Numbered from the stretch's first letter, positions 1 through 9,247 are shown. The stretch: DNA of 32,000 bases from Christensenella sp. UBA4651 (GCA_002405615.1 DHMD01000015.1:1-32000), one strand, 5' to 3'. Notes: generated from the sequence alone by a model not told the origin. A program made the numbers and translations.

Positions 1-119
1 AGGTCGCAAGAAATGCCAAAAAAATGCTCTGCAAGCACTAGGTGTCCGCTAGACGAAATCGGCAAAAACTCGGTAATACCTTGAATTAGCCCTAAAAAAA
101 CAAGAACCCAAAAATCCAT
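1..119 (-). CDS. uppP: Undecaprenyl-diphosphatase (UppP/BacA), N-terminal fragment truncated by window edge
   Basis: Minus-strand translation from ATG at 119: [39 protein letters not shown]. Hallmark [14 protein letters not shown] motif; AGGTGGG RBS just upstream. Not in the supplied ORF track because it runs off the window. Confidence 0.93.
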   Translation of the reverse strand, partial: MDFWVLVFLGLIQGITEFLPISSSGHLVLAEHFFGISCD

Positions 120-195
120 TTTGACCCACCTTTTTGATTATTATATACGCAAAATAGAGAATAAATACTGGAATTTTGATTTGAGTACCAAAAAA

Positions 196-224
196 GTTGA
201 TAAATATTTTGTTTTTTGATATAC
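196..224 (+). promoter_or_regulatory. Sigma-A-type promoter for era
   Basis: TTGATA (196-201), 17 bp, TATACT (219-224), upstream of era. Confidence 0.65.
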
Positions 225-267
225 TAAAAGTGTAGTAATGCTAGATGAATTTGGACAGGAGGTTTTT

Positions 268-1155
268 ATGGCATTCAAATCAGGTTTTGTGGCTGTTGTC
301 GGTAAGCCAAATGTAGGCAAATCGACACTCATAAATGCGTTGATTGGCAAAAAGGTGAGCATTGTCAGCCCCAAAGCACAGACGACTAGAAATAAAATTA
401 TGGGAGTGCTAAATACGCCTAATGAGCAGGTGATTTTCTTGGACACTCCTGGTATTCACAAGGCAAAAAACAACCTTGACAAATTTATGCAAGATGCGAT
501 TTCGTCCGCTACCGAAGATGTGGACTTGTTGCTATATGTTATGGACGGGAGCAAAGATTTTGCGGAGGACGACCTAAAAAATCTCAAAAGTTATTGTGGG
601 CATAATTACCCTGTGTTTGTTGTGGTAAACAAGGTGGATTTGGGGAGCTATGAGTCAATTTATCCTAGGCTCGCAAAGTTAAACGAGATTGCGGGAGTGG
701 AGGAGATTTTTGGGATTTCGGCGCTCAAAGAAAAAAATCTCGATGACCTCAAAACTGCGATTTTTGGAAAATTGACTGACGATATAAAGTATTTCCCTGA
801 TGACGAATTTACCGACAAGAGTTTGGAATTTAGAGTGGCGGAGACCATTAGAGAAAAAATGCTGTGGGCATTAGATGACGAAGTGCCACATGGGGTAGGT
901 GTGGTTGTGGACAAGATTGACACAACGCAGAGTAATATCAAAATTAATGCAACAATTTATTGCGAGCGTGAGTCGCACAAAAATATAATTGTTGGTGCAA
1001 AGGGAGCGGGAATCAAGGATATTGGTACAAAATCTCGGTTGGCGATTGAAAAAATGCTAGGTAAACCAGTGTATCTTGACTTGTTTGTCAAGGTAAAGGA
1101 GAATTGGCGAAATCGTGTCAACCTAGATGAGTTCGGGTACGGGCAAGATAGTTAA
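268..1155 (+). CDS. era: GTPase Era
   Basis: MAFKSGFVAVVGKPNVGKSTLINALIGKKVSIVSPKAQTTRNKI; G-motifs DTPG and NKVD; C-terminal KH-like region. ATG at 268 follows AGGAGG; the ORF-track start at 238 lies at or near the predicted TSS. Confidence 0.97.
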   Translation: MAFKSGFVAVVGKPNVGKSTLINALIGKKVSIVSPKAQTTRNKIMGVLNTPNEQVIFLDTPGIHKAKNNLDKFMQDAISSATEDVDLLLYVMDGSKDFAEDDLKNLKSYCGHNYPVFVVVNKVDLGSYESIYPRLAKLNEIAGVEEIFGISALKEKNLDDLKTAIFGKLTDDIKYFPDDEFTDKSLEFRVAETIREKMLWALDDEVPHGVGVVVDKIDTTQSNIKINATIYCERESHKNIIVGAKGAGIKDIGTKSRLAIEKMLGKPVYLDLFVKVKENWRNRVNLDEFGYGQDS

Positions 1156-1207
1156 TTTTTGGCATAAATATTCCCTCAAAGTTATAGAATAACGAGAGAG
1201 GTGAAAA

Positions 1208-1378
1208 ATGCGTAAAAAAACTAAAAAAACGGACGGTGGCGATATGGATGTGAGAGATTTGGCGTGGAAAAATTTTGTAGAGACTGGGGAAATCGGGGCT
1301 TATATGTTTTACAAAAAAGTAAGTGAGGAAGACAATGGAAGAACTGACGACTCAGGGAATTGTGTTGAGGGCAATTGA
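1208..1378 (+). CDS. yqzL: YqzL-like small protein
   Basis: 56-aa ORF (MRKKTKKTDGGDMDVRDLAWKNFVETGEIGAYMFYKKVSEED...) with LAWKxFxxTGxIxAYMxYK pattern, located between era and recO as in other Firmicutes; shorter than most ORFs in the track. Confidence 0.7.
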   Translation: MRKKTKKTDGGDMDVRDLAWKNFVETGEIGAYMFYKKVSEEDNGRTDDSGNCVEGN

Positions 1379-2069
1379 CTACGGTGAAAAAGACAAGATA
1401 ATCACCATTTTTACGGCGGACAAGGGGCGAGTGAGTGCAATTCTCAAAGGTGTGAGGCGTATCACTTCTCGGTTAAAGTATGTGAGTCAGCCTTTTTGCT
1501 ACGCTGATTTTAAGTTGACTGGGCGGAGTGAGTTGATGACGGTGAGTAATGCTAGCGAGATTACCAACTTTTTTGACATTACGCAGAGTTATGCAAAAAT
1601 GGTGTGTGGTAGTGCGATTCTCGAAATGGTGGACAATGCCTCGACAATCGGGCAGTCTGACCCTATTCTGTTTGACGCTTTGCGGAGGTGCTTGGGGTTG
1701 CTCGCTGATAGCGATATAAATCCTGATTTGATTTTGATGAGGTTCGCCATAGGGCTATTTAAGGTGAGCGGATATGCGATGAATCTCAAAACTTGCCGCA
1801 TTTGCGGTAAGTCTATCAATGAGGATATGGTGGTTTACGACCTAGAAACGGGGGAATTTTGCTGTTACAAGTGCCCTGTGCCAAAATACATAACGGTATC
1901 GCCTCGTGCGGTTGAGATTATGCAGAAAATTTCAAAAATACCAGTTTCTGCGCTAGAAGATATATTTATTATGGAGAACGAGGCGAGGGAATTTCGGCAA
2001 ATTGTCAAGGCGAATTTTGCCTTGCGGTTCGGCTGGGAGTTGCGTAGTCTGTCTACTTCGTTTGACTAG
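1335..2069 (+). CDS. recO: DNA repair protein RecO
   Basis: MEELTTQGIVLRAIDYGEKDKIITIFTADKGRVSAILKGVRR, typical RecO OB-fold N-terminus; four-cysteine cluster (CRICGK...CCYKC); era-recO synteny. Alternative GTG start at 1323. Confidence 0.95.
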   Translation: MEELTTQGIVLRAIDYGEKDKIITIFTADKGRVSAILKGVRRITSRLKYVSQPFCYADFKLTGRSELMTVSNASEITNFFDITQSYAKMVCGSAILEMVDNASTIGQSDPILFDALRRCLGLLADSDINPDLILMRFAIGLFKVSGYAMNLKTCRICGKSINEDMVVYDLETGEFCCYKCPVPKYITVSPRAVEIMQKISKIPVSALEDIFIMENEAREFRQIVKANFALRFGWELRSLSTSFD

Positions 2070-2091
2070 AATTACATAATTAGGACAAAAA

Positions 2092-2619
2092 ATGTTACAA
2101 ATAAAGAATTTGACAAAATCATTTGGCGACCGAACGCTATACAAAAATGTCAATTTGGAAATCAATAAAAATGACAAAATTGGTTTGGTTGGGCTGAATG
2201 GTAGTGGTAAGAGTACTTTCCTCAATATTTTGAGCGGCAAAGATTTGGCTGACGAGGGCGAAATTTGTTGGCAAGACAAGTCGATTACCCCTATCGAGGA
2301 AATACCGAACACATTTCCAAAACTGGCATAAAACAGGTGAGGGGGTATTTGGCGAAAGCGGGGCTGACGGCAAAGCAGGTTTTGCTACCCATTGAGAGGT
2401 TGAGCTGTGGGGAGCGAACCAAACTCAAACTGTACAAGTTGTTGATTGAGTCGCACAACATTTTGGTGTTAGATGACGAACAACCATTTGGACAAAAACG
2501 CAAAGGTAGCGTTAGCAAATAAGATAAACGACTACAAGGGGGCTTGTATCGTTGTTTCGCACGAAAAGGGCTTCAACAAGTTGCTAGATGCACAAGAAAT
2601 CAACTTGCGTAAGAAGTAG
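2092..2619 (+). pseudogene. Degenerate ABC-F-type ATPase
   Basis: Walker A GLNGSGKST in the first frame, LSCGERTKLKLYKLLIESHNILVLDDE in a second frame (2265-2522), and NNHLDKNAKVALANKINDYKGACIVVSHEKGFNK in a third frame ending at a stop at 2617-2619. Only one short NBD is present, broken by at least two frameshifts. Confidence 0.82.
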
Positions 2620-2835
2620 GATGGCGTTGTTATAGACCTATTTTGAATGTAAAGGTTAAAAAAGTACTTGCGTTTTGAGAATTTTTGGGTATAATATAGC
2701 AGAGGATAAACTTGTTCGGAGCATACACGCTTTTTAGTGTCGGGGAATTTGGCAAAAATAGTGATTTTGCGAATAGTTTTGTCGAATTTGTGAGGTGCTA
2801 TGCAGTTTTTGAGCGAGATAAAAGGAGAGAAAATT

Positions 2836-3552
2836 TTGTTATCATTACAAAATGTAAGTTATCAAGTAAAGGAAAACGGCAAGGTTCGACAGATTTTGAA
2901 AGGCATTACCTACGATTTTGACTTGGGCAAAAACTATGTTATCACAGGGGCGAATGGTTGCGGAAAGTCGACTCTTGCCAAAATCATTATGGGTATTATT
3001 CCGCTAACAGGCGGCAAAATTCTGCTGGACGGCAAGGATATTACCGAGTTTTCGATTACCGAAAGGGCAAATCTAGGGCTGGCTTTTGCAATGCAGCAGC
3101 CTGTGCGCTTCAAGGGGTTGAGTGCCAAGGAAATGCTAGAATACGCCAGCAAGGATACAATGCACACTTCGAGTGCGTGCGAGTATTTGGGTAAGGTTGG
3201 ATTGTGTGCTAGGGAGTATTTGGATAGAGATTTGGACAATACTTTGAGTGGCGGCGAGTTAAAGCGAATTGAGATTGCTACCGTCCTCGCTAGGCGTGCG
3301 AAAGTGAATATTTTTGATGAACCTGAGGCTGGTATTGATATTTGGAGTTTCAATAGTTTGGTCGATATTTTTAGAAATTCGATTTCGCCAAATTCTCTCA
3401 ATATCATCATCAGCCATCAAGAGAAACTTTTTAAGAGTGCTGATGAGATTTTGCTAATTGATGACGGTGTTGTGGCTATGGCTGGTAAGCCTAGCGAGAT
3501 TTTGCCGAAACTCGGTAAGGCTCGCAATTGCAGAAAGTTGGAGGGGGTGTAA
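2836..3552 (+). CDS. sufC: SufC-family Fe-S cluster assembly ATPase
   Basis: ANGCGKSTLAKIIMG Walker A, LSGGELKRIEIATVLARR signature, IFDEPEAGIDIW Walker B (SufC-type). TTG start at 2836 follows AAAGGAGAG; the track ORF extends to 2800. Confidence 0.87.
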   Translation: MLSLQNVSYQVKENGKVRQILKGITYDFDLGKNYVITGANGCGKSTLAKIIMGIIPLTGGKILLDGKDITEFSITERANLGLAFAMQQPVRFKGLSAKEMLEYASKDTMHTSSACEYLGKVGLCAREYLDRDLDNTLSGGELKRIEIATVLARRAKVNIFDEPEAGIDIWSFNSLVDIFRNSISPNSLNIIISHQEKLFKSADEILLIDDGVVAMAGKPSEILPKLGKARNCRKLEGV

Positions 3553-3555
3553 ATT

Positions 3556-4473
3556 ATGGAAAAAGTTGATAGTGATTTGTTGCTAAAAATTGCAGATTTG
3601 CATTCCGTTCCGCAGGGTGCGTACAATATCCGCAAGAATGGTAAGTTGCTCGCTCGTCAATGTGTGGAGGGAATTGAAATTACCTCCAAGGAGGACAAGC
3701 CTGGCATCGATATTCGTGTCGCAGACGGGGTGAAAGGGCAGAGTGTACATATACCTGTGATTGTAACTGAGAGTGAAATCAATGATTTGGTTTACAACGA
3801 CTTTTACATAGGCAAAAACGCCGAGGTTCTGATAGTCGCTGGTTGCGGCTTGCACAATGACGGCGACAAACTCAACTCGCACGATGGTATCCACGAGTTT
3901 TGGATAGGCGAGGGAGCGATTGTTCGCTATGTTGAGAAGCATTTGGGCGAGGGTAATCAGAATGTTGAGAAAAATTTGAACCCGACAACTATTGTGCATT
4001 TGGCGAAAAATTCGCATTTTGTTATGGAAACGATGCAGTTGGGCGGTGTGAGCCACAGCGAGCGTGTTACCGAGGCGGATTTGGAGGATAATGCGGTTTT
4101 GGATATCAAGGAGTCTATTCTTACCGAGGGAGAGCAGGACGCTAGCACGACTTTTAGTGTGGAATTGAACGGCAAAAAGTCTAGGGTGAATGTGGTCAGC
4201 CGCAGTGTGGCAAAGGGCAACAGTAGGCAAGCGTTTATATCGGAAATCAACGGAAATAACGAGAGTTGGGGGCATGTGGAGTGTGATGCGATTGTATTTG
4301 ACAATGGTCAAGTCGCTAGTACACCAGCGCTACAAAATACACACCCTGATGCAACTCTTACTCACGAGGCAGCGATTGGTAAAATCGCGGGCGACCAAAT
4401 TATTAAATTGCAGACCTTGGGGCTTAGTCAAGAAGAAGCCGAGGCTGTAATCTTAAAGAGTTTCTTGCAATAA
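3556..4473 (+). CDS. SufB/SufD-family Fe-S cluster assembly protein, short form
   Basis: [14 protein letters not shown]...[21 protein letters not shown] and C-terminal [36 protein letters not shown], typical of the SufBD beta-helix family; starts 4 bp after sufC. Confidence 0.9.
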   Translation: MEKVDSDLLLKIADLHSVPQGAYNIRKNGKLLARQCVEGIEITSKEDKPGIDIRVADGVKGQSVHIPVIVTESEINDLVYNDFYIGKNAEVLIVAGCGLHNDGDKLNSHDGIHEFWIGEGAIVRYVEKHLGEGNQNVEKNLNPTTIVHLAKNSHFVMETMQLGGVSHSERVTEADLEDNAVLDIKESILTEGEQDASTTFSVELNGKKSRVNVVSRSVAKGNSRQAFISEINGNNESWGHVECDAIVFDNGQVASTPALQNTHPDATLTHEAAIGKIAGDQIIKLQTLGLSQEEAEAVILKSFLQ

Positions 4474-4490
4474 TTTTTTGGAGGAATTTT

Positions 4491-5540
4491 ATGGCTAAAA
4501 TTATTATGACAGGGGATAGACCTACTGGCAAATTACATATCGGGCATTATGTCGGCTCGCTACGGGAGCGTGTGCGTATGCAGAATGAGGACAAATATGA
4601 CGGCTATTATTTGATGATTGCCGATGCGCAGGCTTTGACTGACAATTATGACAATGTCGAGAAAGTTCGCAACAACATCATCGAGGTGGCTCTGGATTAT
4701 TTGGCGGTAGGGCTTGACCCTAACAAAATTACTATTTTTATTCAATCCGAAGTGCCAGAGTTGACTGAATTTACATTTTATTATATGAATATGGTTACTT
4801 TGGCTCGCTTGGAACGCAATCCGACTGTCAAAACGGAAATTTTGCAGAAGAATTTCAATAACTCAATCCCTGTGGGGTTCTTGTGCTATCCGATTAGTCA
4901 GGCGTCTGATATTACCGCTTTCGGCGGTACATTTGTGCCAGTCGGCGAGGACCAATTGCCCGTAATTGAGCAGGCGAGAGAGATTGTTAGGACATTCAAT
5001 CACTTGTACAAGACTAATGTTTTGGTTGAGCCGCAAGGCATTGTGCCGAAGGAGGAGAGTTGTAGGAGATTGGTTGGTACGGACGGCAAGGCAAAAATGA
5101 GCAAATCGCTCGGTAACACGATTTATTTGTCAGATGAACCTGATGTGATTAAGCAAAAGGTTCGTGATATGTATACCGACCCAACTCATATTAAAGTTAG
5201 CGACCCTGGCAAAGTCGAGGGTAATGCTGTGTTTGAGTATTTGAATGCCTTTTGTAGGGACGAACACTTCGCAAAATACTTGCCAGAGTATAAAAATCTT
5301 GACGAGTTGAAGGCTCACTATATGCGTGGTGGTTTGGGCGATGTCAAAATAAAGAACTTTTTGTTTGAGGTGCTCAATGAAGAGTTGACTCCGATTAGAG
5401 AGAGAAGAAAAGAGTTTGCAAAGGACAAGGACAAGGTTATGCAAATGCTTTTTGACGGGAGCGATAAGGCTAGAAAAGTTGCTGGCGAAAATCTAGCGAA
5501 ACTCAAAACTGCGATGGGTATCAATTACCGCAATAAGTAG
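4491..5540 (+). CDS. trpS: Tryptophanyl-tRNA synthetase
   Basis: [17 protein letters not shown] (HIGH motif region) and [10 protein letters not shown] (KMSKS motif); full-length class I TrpRS architecture. Confidence 0.97.
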   Translation: MAKIIMTGDRPTGKLHIGHYVGSLRERVRMQNEDKYDGYYLMIADAQALTDNYDNVEKVRNNIIEVALDYLAVGLDPNKITIFIQSEVPELTEFTFYYMNMVTLARLERNPTVKTEILQKNFNNSIPVGFLCYPISQASDITAFGGTFVPVGEDQLPVIEQAREIVRTFNHLYKTNVLVEPQGIVPKEESCRRLVGTDGKAKMSKSLGNTIYLSDEPDVIKQKVRDMYTDPTHIKVSDPGKVEGNAVFEYLNAFCRDEHFAKYLPEYKNLDELKAHYMRGGLGDVKIKNFLFEVLNEELTPIRERRKEFAKDKDKVMQMLFDGSDKARKVAGENLAKLKTAMGINYRNK

Positions 5541-5619
5541 TTTTTGGGTGAAAAAAGCTATAAACATAACTTAAAGTCTAACATTAGAATACTACACAAT
5601 TTTGAGATTAATAGATGGG

Positions 5620-5652
5620 AAGTGCCGATTTATGGCACTTTTCTGTTTTTTG
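5620..5652 (+). terminator. Intrinsic terminator downstream of trpS
   Basis: AAGTGCC-gatttat-GGCACTT followed by TTCTGTTTTTT. Confidence 0.75.
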
Positions 5653-5717
5653 TTGTTATTGTAATTGGGGTCAAATAGTTGTTTGTAGCGAAGCGATAAA
5701 TTTTGTTTTTTTGGGTA

Positions 5718-5746
5718 TTGAAATTTGCGTTCTTTTATGGTATAAT
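5718..5746 (+). promoter_or_regulatory. Sigma-A-type promoter for RHH gene
   Basis: TTGAAA, 17 bp, TATAAT. Confidence 0.65.
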
Positions 5747-5775
5747 ATCTTATAAAGATATTTGTGAGGGGAAAA

Positions 5776-6252
5776 ATGGAAAATAGAGAGAGAAAAATTA
5801 GTTTTAGAATTTCAGACGATTTTTATCAAGAAATTATGAATTACATTAACGAAAAGGACATTTCACTCAGTACTTTTATTAGGCTTGCCATTATGGATAC
5901 GATGGATATTAACAGGCAGGTTGATGTGGTAGAGCTTTTGGATGGCAAGGGACAATGCGGCGAAATTGAGGAATTAAAAAGAAATTTTGAGGTAGAAAAA
6001 CTTTCTATGGAAGTTCGTTTGCAGACTTTGAGAGCGGAAAAGGCGGAATGTCAGGTTGAATTGGAGAGGTTGAAAGCTGAAAACGAACGCCTAAAAATGG
6101 ACGCTATTTATCGAGAGGCTTTGCAACACGCTCAAAATAGGATAAATATGGACAGTAAGTTAAAATCTGAGGAGAAAAGCCAGTCAATGGAGCAGAGTAG
6201 TGAAGAAACAGCCGATTATTATGCTGATGAATCAGAAATGTTCTATTACTAA
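5776..6252 (+). CDS. Ribbon-helix-helix-like N-terminus plus coiled-coil protein
   Basis: MENRERKISFRISDDFYQEIMNYINEKDISLSTFIRLAIMDTMD resembles RHH/CopG fold; followed by a heptad-rich helix (EIEELKRNFEVEKLSMEVRLQTLRAEKAECQVELERLKAENERLK). Start set at ATG after GTGAGGGGAAAA. Confidence 0.55.
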   Translation: MENRERKISFRISDDFYQEIMNYINEKDISLSTFIRLAIMDTMDINRQVDVVELLDGKGQCGEIEELKRNFEVEKLSMEVRLQTLRAEKAECQVELERLKAENERLKMDAIYREALQHAQNRINMDSKLKSEEKSQSMEQSSEETADYYADESEMFYY

Positions 6253-6296
6253 AATTTATTTTTCAAAATAGCATTTCTAAATGTATAAATCAAATA

Positions 6297-6321
6297 GACA
6301 CCATATGAGGGTGTCTTTTTT
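6297..6321 (+). terminator. Intrinsic terminator
   Basis: GACACC-atatgag-GGTGTC followed by TTTTTT. Confidence 0.75.
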
Positions 6322-6480
6322 GTTGGATTTGTGAAATGCAAGGTAAAAATTTATTGTTCAAATACTTCTTCCCAAAATCAAAAAAATAGCAAAAAAATTA
6401 GTAAAAAATGGTAAAAAAATAGTGAAAAATTGCTGTAGAAAAAATTTTTGTAAAAAATTAAAAAAAGTGTCAAAATTTAG

Positions 6481-6509
6481 TTGACACTGCAACCTTGAAT
6501 ACATATAAT
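6481..6509 (+). promoter_or_regulatory. Sigma-A-type promoter for the DUF1538/P-II operon
   Basis: TTGACA (6481-6486), 17 bp, TATAAT (6504-6509): perfect consensus hexamers and spacing. Confidence 0.85.
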
Positions 6510-6645
6510 AAAAGTGAAAAAACGGGTTGCGGTGCAAGAAGCATTTTTGGTTTGAGATTGGTGGAGTTTGTCTATTTAGCGGTTCAGAAAATTAAGCAAA
6601 GCATAAAAGCATAAGGCGGGGTAACCCTACGAGGGGGGATTTGGT

Positions 6646-8166
6646 ATGAAAAATGCTTTGCTAAAAAAATTTGAAGAATCGCTAGTTTCAATTTTACCGA
6701 TTTTGATTATTGTATTGATTTTGGCTGTAACATTAGTCCCCCTTGACTTTGTGTTGGTTGTGCAATTTTTGATGGCGTCTGTATTTTTAATTATCGGTAT
6801 GACGCTTTTTACGCATGGGGCGGATACAGCGATGTTGCCGATAGGTAATCACATAGGTTCGTATTTGTCCAAAACTGCAAAAATTTGGCTAATGATGATT
6901 GTTGGCTTCTTTTTGGGTGTGGTAATTACAATTGCCGAGCCTGACTTGATGGTTTTGGCAGAGCAAGTTGTGAGTATAAATACGTGGCTATTTATTGCGG
7001 TTGTCGGTATTGGTGTTGGATTATTTATGATGCTGGCAATGCTTCGTACTGTACTCAAAATCCCGCTAAATATAATACTAGCGGTATCATACGGTATAAT
7101 TTTTATCCTATCATTTATTATTCCTAATAACTTTGTGCCGCTATCTTTTGATTCCGGTAGTGTAACTACGGGGCCGATTAGTGTGCCATTTTTGATGGCG
7201 TTCGGTCTAGGATTTGCTGCGGTGCGTGCGCAAAGTGGTAAGCAAGACGATTCTAGTTTCGGTATGGTGGCACTAGGGAGTGCTGGTCCAATCTTGGCGG
7301 TAATGATTTTAGGATTTTTTGTCGACCCAAATACTTTGGCGGGATCTAGCGAGGTTGTCAATTCGTGTGATACCGTTGGTGCAGGGCTAATGCAATTCTT
7401 GACGAGTATGCCAACATATCTAGGTCAAGTTGCTCTGGTAATTGCGCCAATTTTGGTAATTTTCCTATTGTTTCAATTTTTTGCGCTCAAATTACCCAAA
7501 CACGAGGTTTTCCGTGTGCTAATGGGATTATTGCTTGTTTTCTTTGGAATAACTATATTCTTTACTGGCGTAAATGTTGGATTTTTGCCAGTAGGTAGTG
7601 CGTTGGGACATGGGTTGGCTGAAAGTACGTATTCGTGGGTACTGATACCAGTGGCTATTGTTATCGGTTTTGTAATCGTGTTAGCTGAGCCTGCGGTGCA
7701 CGTTTTGGCAGAACAGGTGGAGAAGATTACCGAGGGTAAAATCGCCAAAAAGACAATCTTTTTTAGTATGTGTATTGGTGTAGCGGTTTCGCTAGGGCTG
7801 TGTGCAATTCGGATTATGTGCCAATTCAGTATTTGGTGGGTGTTGGTTCCTGCCTATGCGATAGCGATTACGCTTTCATTCTTTGTACCTAGGATTTTTA
7901 CGGGCATTGCTTTTGACTCGGGTGGTGTGGCGACTGGTGCTATGGCTACGACCTTTGTTATGCCGATGTTTGTCGGGGCGTGTGGTGCAATGGGAATTGA
8001 TACAATGCTGTATGGATTCGGAACGCTTGCATTTATTGCAGTAACGCCGCTATTGACTATTCAAATTTTGGGTTTGGTCGTTGGTATTGCGAATCGCAAG
8101 AAAGAAAAGGCTTTGGCAGAGGAATATGTCGGCAACAAGCGTGTGGAAATTGTCGAGTTTGATTAG
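6646..8166 (+). CDS. DUF1538-family integral membrane protein (putative transporter), internally duplicated
   Basis: About 12 hydrophobic segments in two homologous halves (GMTLFTHGADTAMLPIGNHIG...AEPDLMVLAEQV / GITIFFTGVNVGFLPVGSALG...AEPAVHVLAEQVE; FDSGSVTTGPISVPF / FDSGGVATGAMATTF). RBS GAGGGGGG. Confidence 0.8.
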   Translation: MKNALLKKFEESLVSILPILIIVLILAVTLVPLDFVLVVQFLMASVFLIIGMTLFTHGADTAMLPIGNHIGSYLSKTAKIWLMMIVGFFLGVVITIAEPDLMVLAEQVVSINTWLFIAVVGIGVGLFMMLAMLRTVLKIPLNIILAVSYGIIFILSFIIPNNFVPLSFDSGSVTTGPISVPFLMAFGLGFAAVRAQSGKQDDSSFGMVALGSAGPILAVMILGFFVDPNTLAGSSEVVNSCDTVGAGLMQFLTSMPTYLGQVALVIAPILVIFLLFQFFALKLPKHEVFRVLMGLLLVFFGITIFFTGVNVGFLPVGSALGHGLAESTYSWVLIPVAIVIGFVIVLAEPAVHVLAEQVEKITEGKIAKKTIFFSMCIGVAVSLGLCAIRIMCQFSIWWVLVPAYAIAITLSFFVPRIFTGIAFDSGGVATGAMATTFVMPMFVGACGAMGIDTMLYGFGTLAFIAVTPLLTIQILGLVVGIANRKKEKALAEEYVGNKRVEIVEFD

Positions 8167-8183
8167 GAATAGGGGGCAGATTT

Positions 8184-8531
8184 ATGGCTAAGGGAAAAGC
8201 GCCGTTCAAAATGCTTATATGCATTATTGATAAGACAAAAGCGGATTTGGCATTACAAATTTTGAAAAACGCACACGAAAATATTGGTATTAGTAACATT
8301 GTGCTAGGCGTTTCAAAATTAGGGACTATGGATATTATGGGGCTGGCAAGGAAGGAGCGGACGATGATTACATCGCTGGTGAGGGCAAATAATGCGACTC
8401 GTACGATTCAGGCGCTTGATTTGCTCCTATGCCCTGATGATGAGGACAGTTACGGCTTGGCGTTTACCGTGCCTATGAATAGTGCAAGTCGTGATACAAT
8501 AAATTATTTTACGCCCAAAAAGGAGAATTAA
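8184..8531 (+). CDS. Divergent P-II-like protein
   Basis: FKMLICIIDKTKADLALQILKNAHENIGISNIVLGVSK...YGLAFTVPMNSASRD; ferredoxin-like P-II pattern without a canonical T-loop; 17 bp after the DUF1538 gene. Confidence 0.6.
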   Translation: MAKGKAPFKMLICIIDKTKADLALQILKNAHENIGISNIVLGVSKLGTMDIMGLARKERTMITSLVRANNATRTIQALDLLLCPDDEDSYGLAFTVPMNSASRDTINYFTPKKEN

Positions 8532-8533
8532 TT

Positions 8534-9049
8534 ATGTTTTTGAAGCAAGATATGAATGTAATTATTACTGTGGTTACGAGAGGATTTGCGGATAAGGTTA
8601 TGGAGGCTGCAAAGAGTGCTGGTGCGGAGGGGGCGACCATCTTTAACGCACGAGGAAATGGTATTCACGAATCGGACACAATTTTGGGTGTAAGTATTCA
8701 GCCCGAGAAAGAAGTTGTGATGATTGTGGTGCGGAAGAATATTCGCAAAAAAGTTATGCGTGCTATTTGTGTGGACTGCGGTATGAATGAGGAGGGTCGT
8801 GGCTTGTGTTTTAGTCTGCCAATTGAGGAAATCGGTGGTGTAAATCATTGGATGGAATTGGCTGGTAGCAAGAAAAAAGTTGTCGCAAAACCTGCCTCAA
8901 AAAGTACTGCAACCGCAAAGCAGAATGATGGGGTTAAAGCTGCTAATCAAGACGAAAAAGTAGCGGAAAAATCGGAAGCAAAAAATTTGGAAGAAAATAC
9001 GAGAAAAATAGAAAAAAATTCAGAAGAAAAGACTGAAAATAAAAGTTAG
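8534..9049 (+). CDS. P-II family protein with C-terminal low-complexity extension
   Basis: VIITVVTRGFADKVMEAAKSAGAEGATIFNARGNGIHESDTILGVSIQPEKEVVMIVVRKNIRKKVMRAI...EGRGLCFSLPIEEIGGV matches the GlnB/GlnK pattern (GxTVxxARG, SIQPEKEIVxIVV, GRGxxFSLP). Start 3 bp after the previous stop. Confidence 0.85.
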   Translation: MFLKQDMNVIITVVTRGFADKVMEAAKSAGAEGATIFNARGNGIHESDTILGVSIQPEKEVVMIVVRKNIRKKVMRAICVDCGMNEEGRGLCFSLPIEEIGGVNHWMELAGSKKKVVAKPASKSTATAKQNDGVKAANQDEKVAEKSEAKNLEENTRKIEKNSEEKTENKS

Positions 9050-9151
9050 GAAAAAGTTTCTGACGAAGAAAAGTAGATTTTTTGATTTGTTTTGGGTTTC
9101 AAAAAGTGTTAGGAGAGTAAAATTATTTGCTTTTCTTTTTTTATCCCAAAT

Positions 9152-9160
9152 TGTGGAAAA
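9152..9160 (-). promoter_or_regulatory. Relaxed-consensus DnaA box
   Basis: TGTGGAAAA on plus = TTTTCCACA on minus, matching TTWTNCACA; upstream of dnaA. Confidence 0.4.
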
Positions 9161-9247
9161 GTGCTGTTTTTTATGGTTAAGTAGATGTTTTTTGGGCACA
9201 AAGTTTACAAAAAATGTGGGTTAAATGCAGATTTGTGCGGTTTTGAC

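Noticed and set aside
141-446. Minus-strand 101-aa ORF at the start of era
   Set aside because: Covers the era promoter and antisense of the era G1 region; the real minus-strand gene here is uppP starting at 119.
2092-2522. Two adjacent ORFs considered as separate small ABC proteins
   Set aside because: Each holds only part of one ABC-F nucleotide-binding domain and the third frame supplies the remainder, so a pseudogene explains them better.
3583-4311. 242-aa minus-strand ORF antisense to the sufB/D-like gene
   Set aside because: Mirrors a strongly supported coding frame; composition (His/Arg/Leu-rich) and lack of RBS are typical of antisense shadow ORFs.
6350-6480. A-rich tract with recurring AAAAAA(A)TAG/AAAAAATGG units
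   Set aside because: Irregular poly-A-rich intergenic sequence (possibly an UP element for the 6481 promoter) with no consistent repeat unit.
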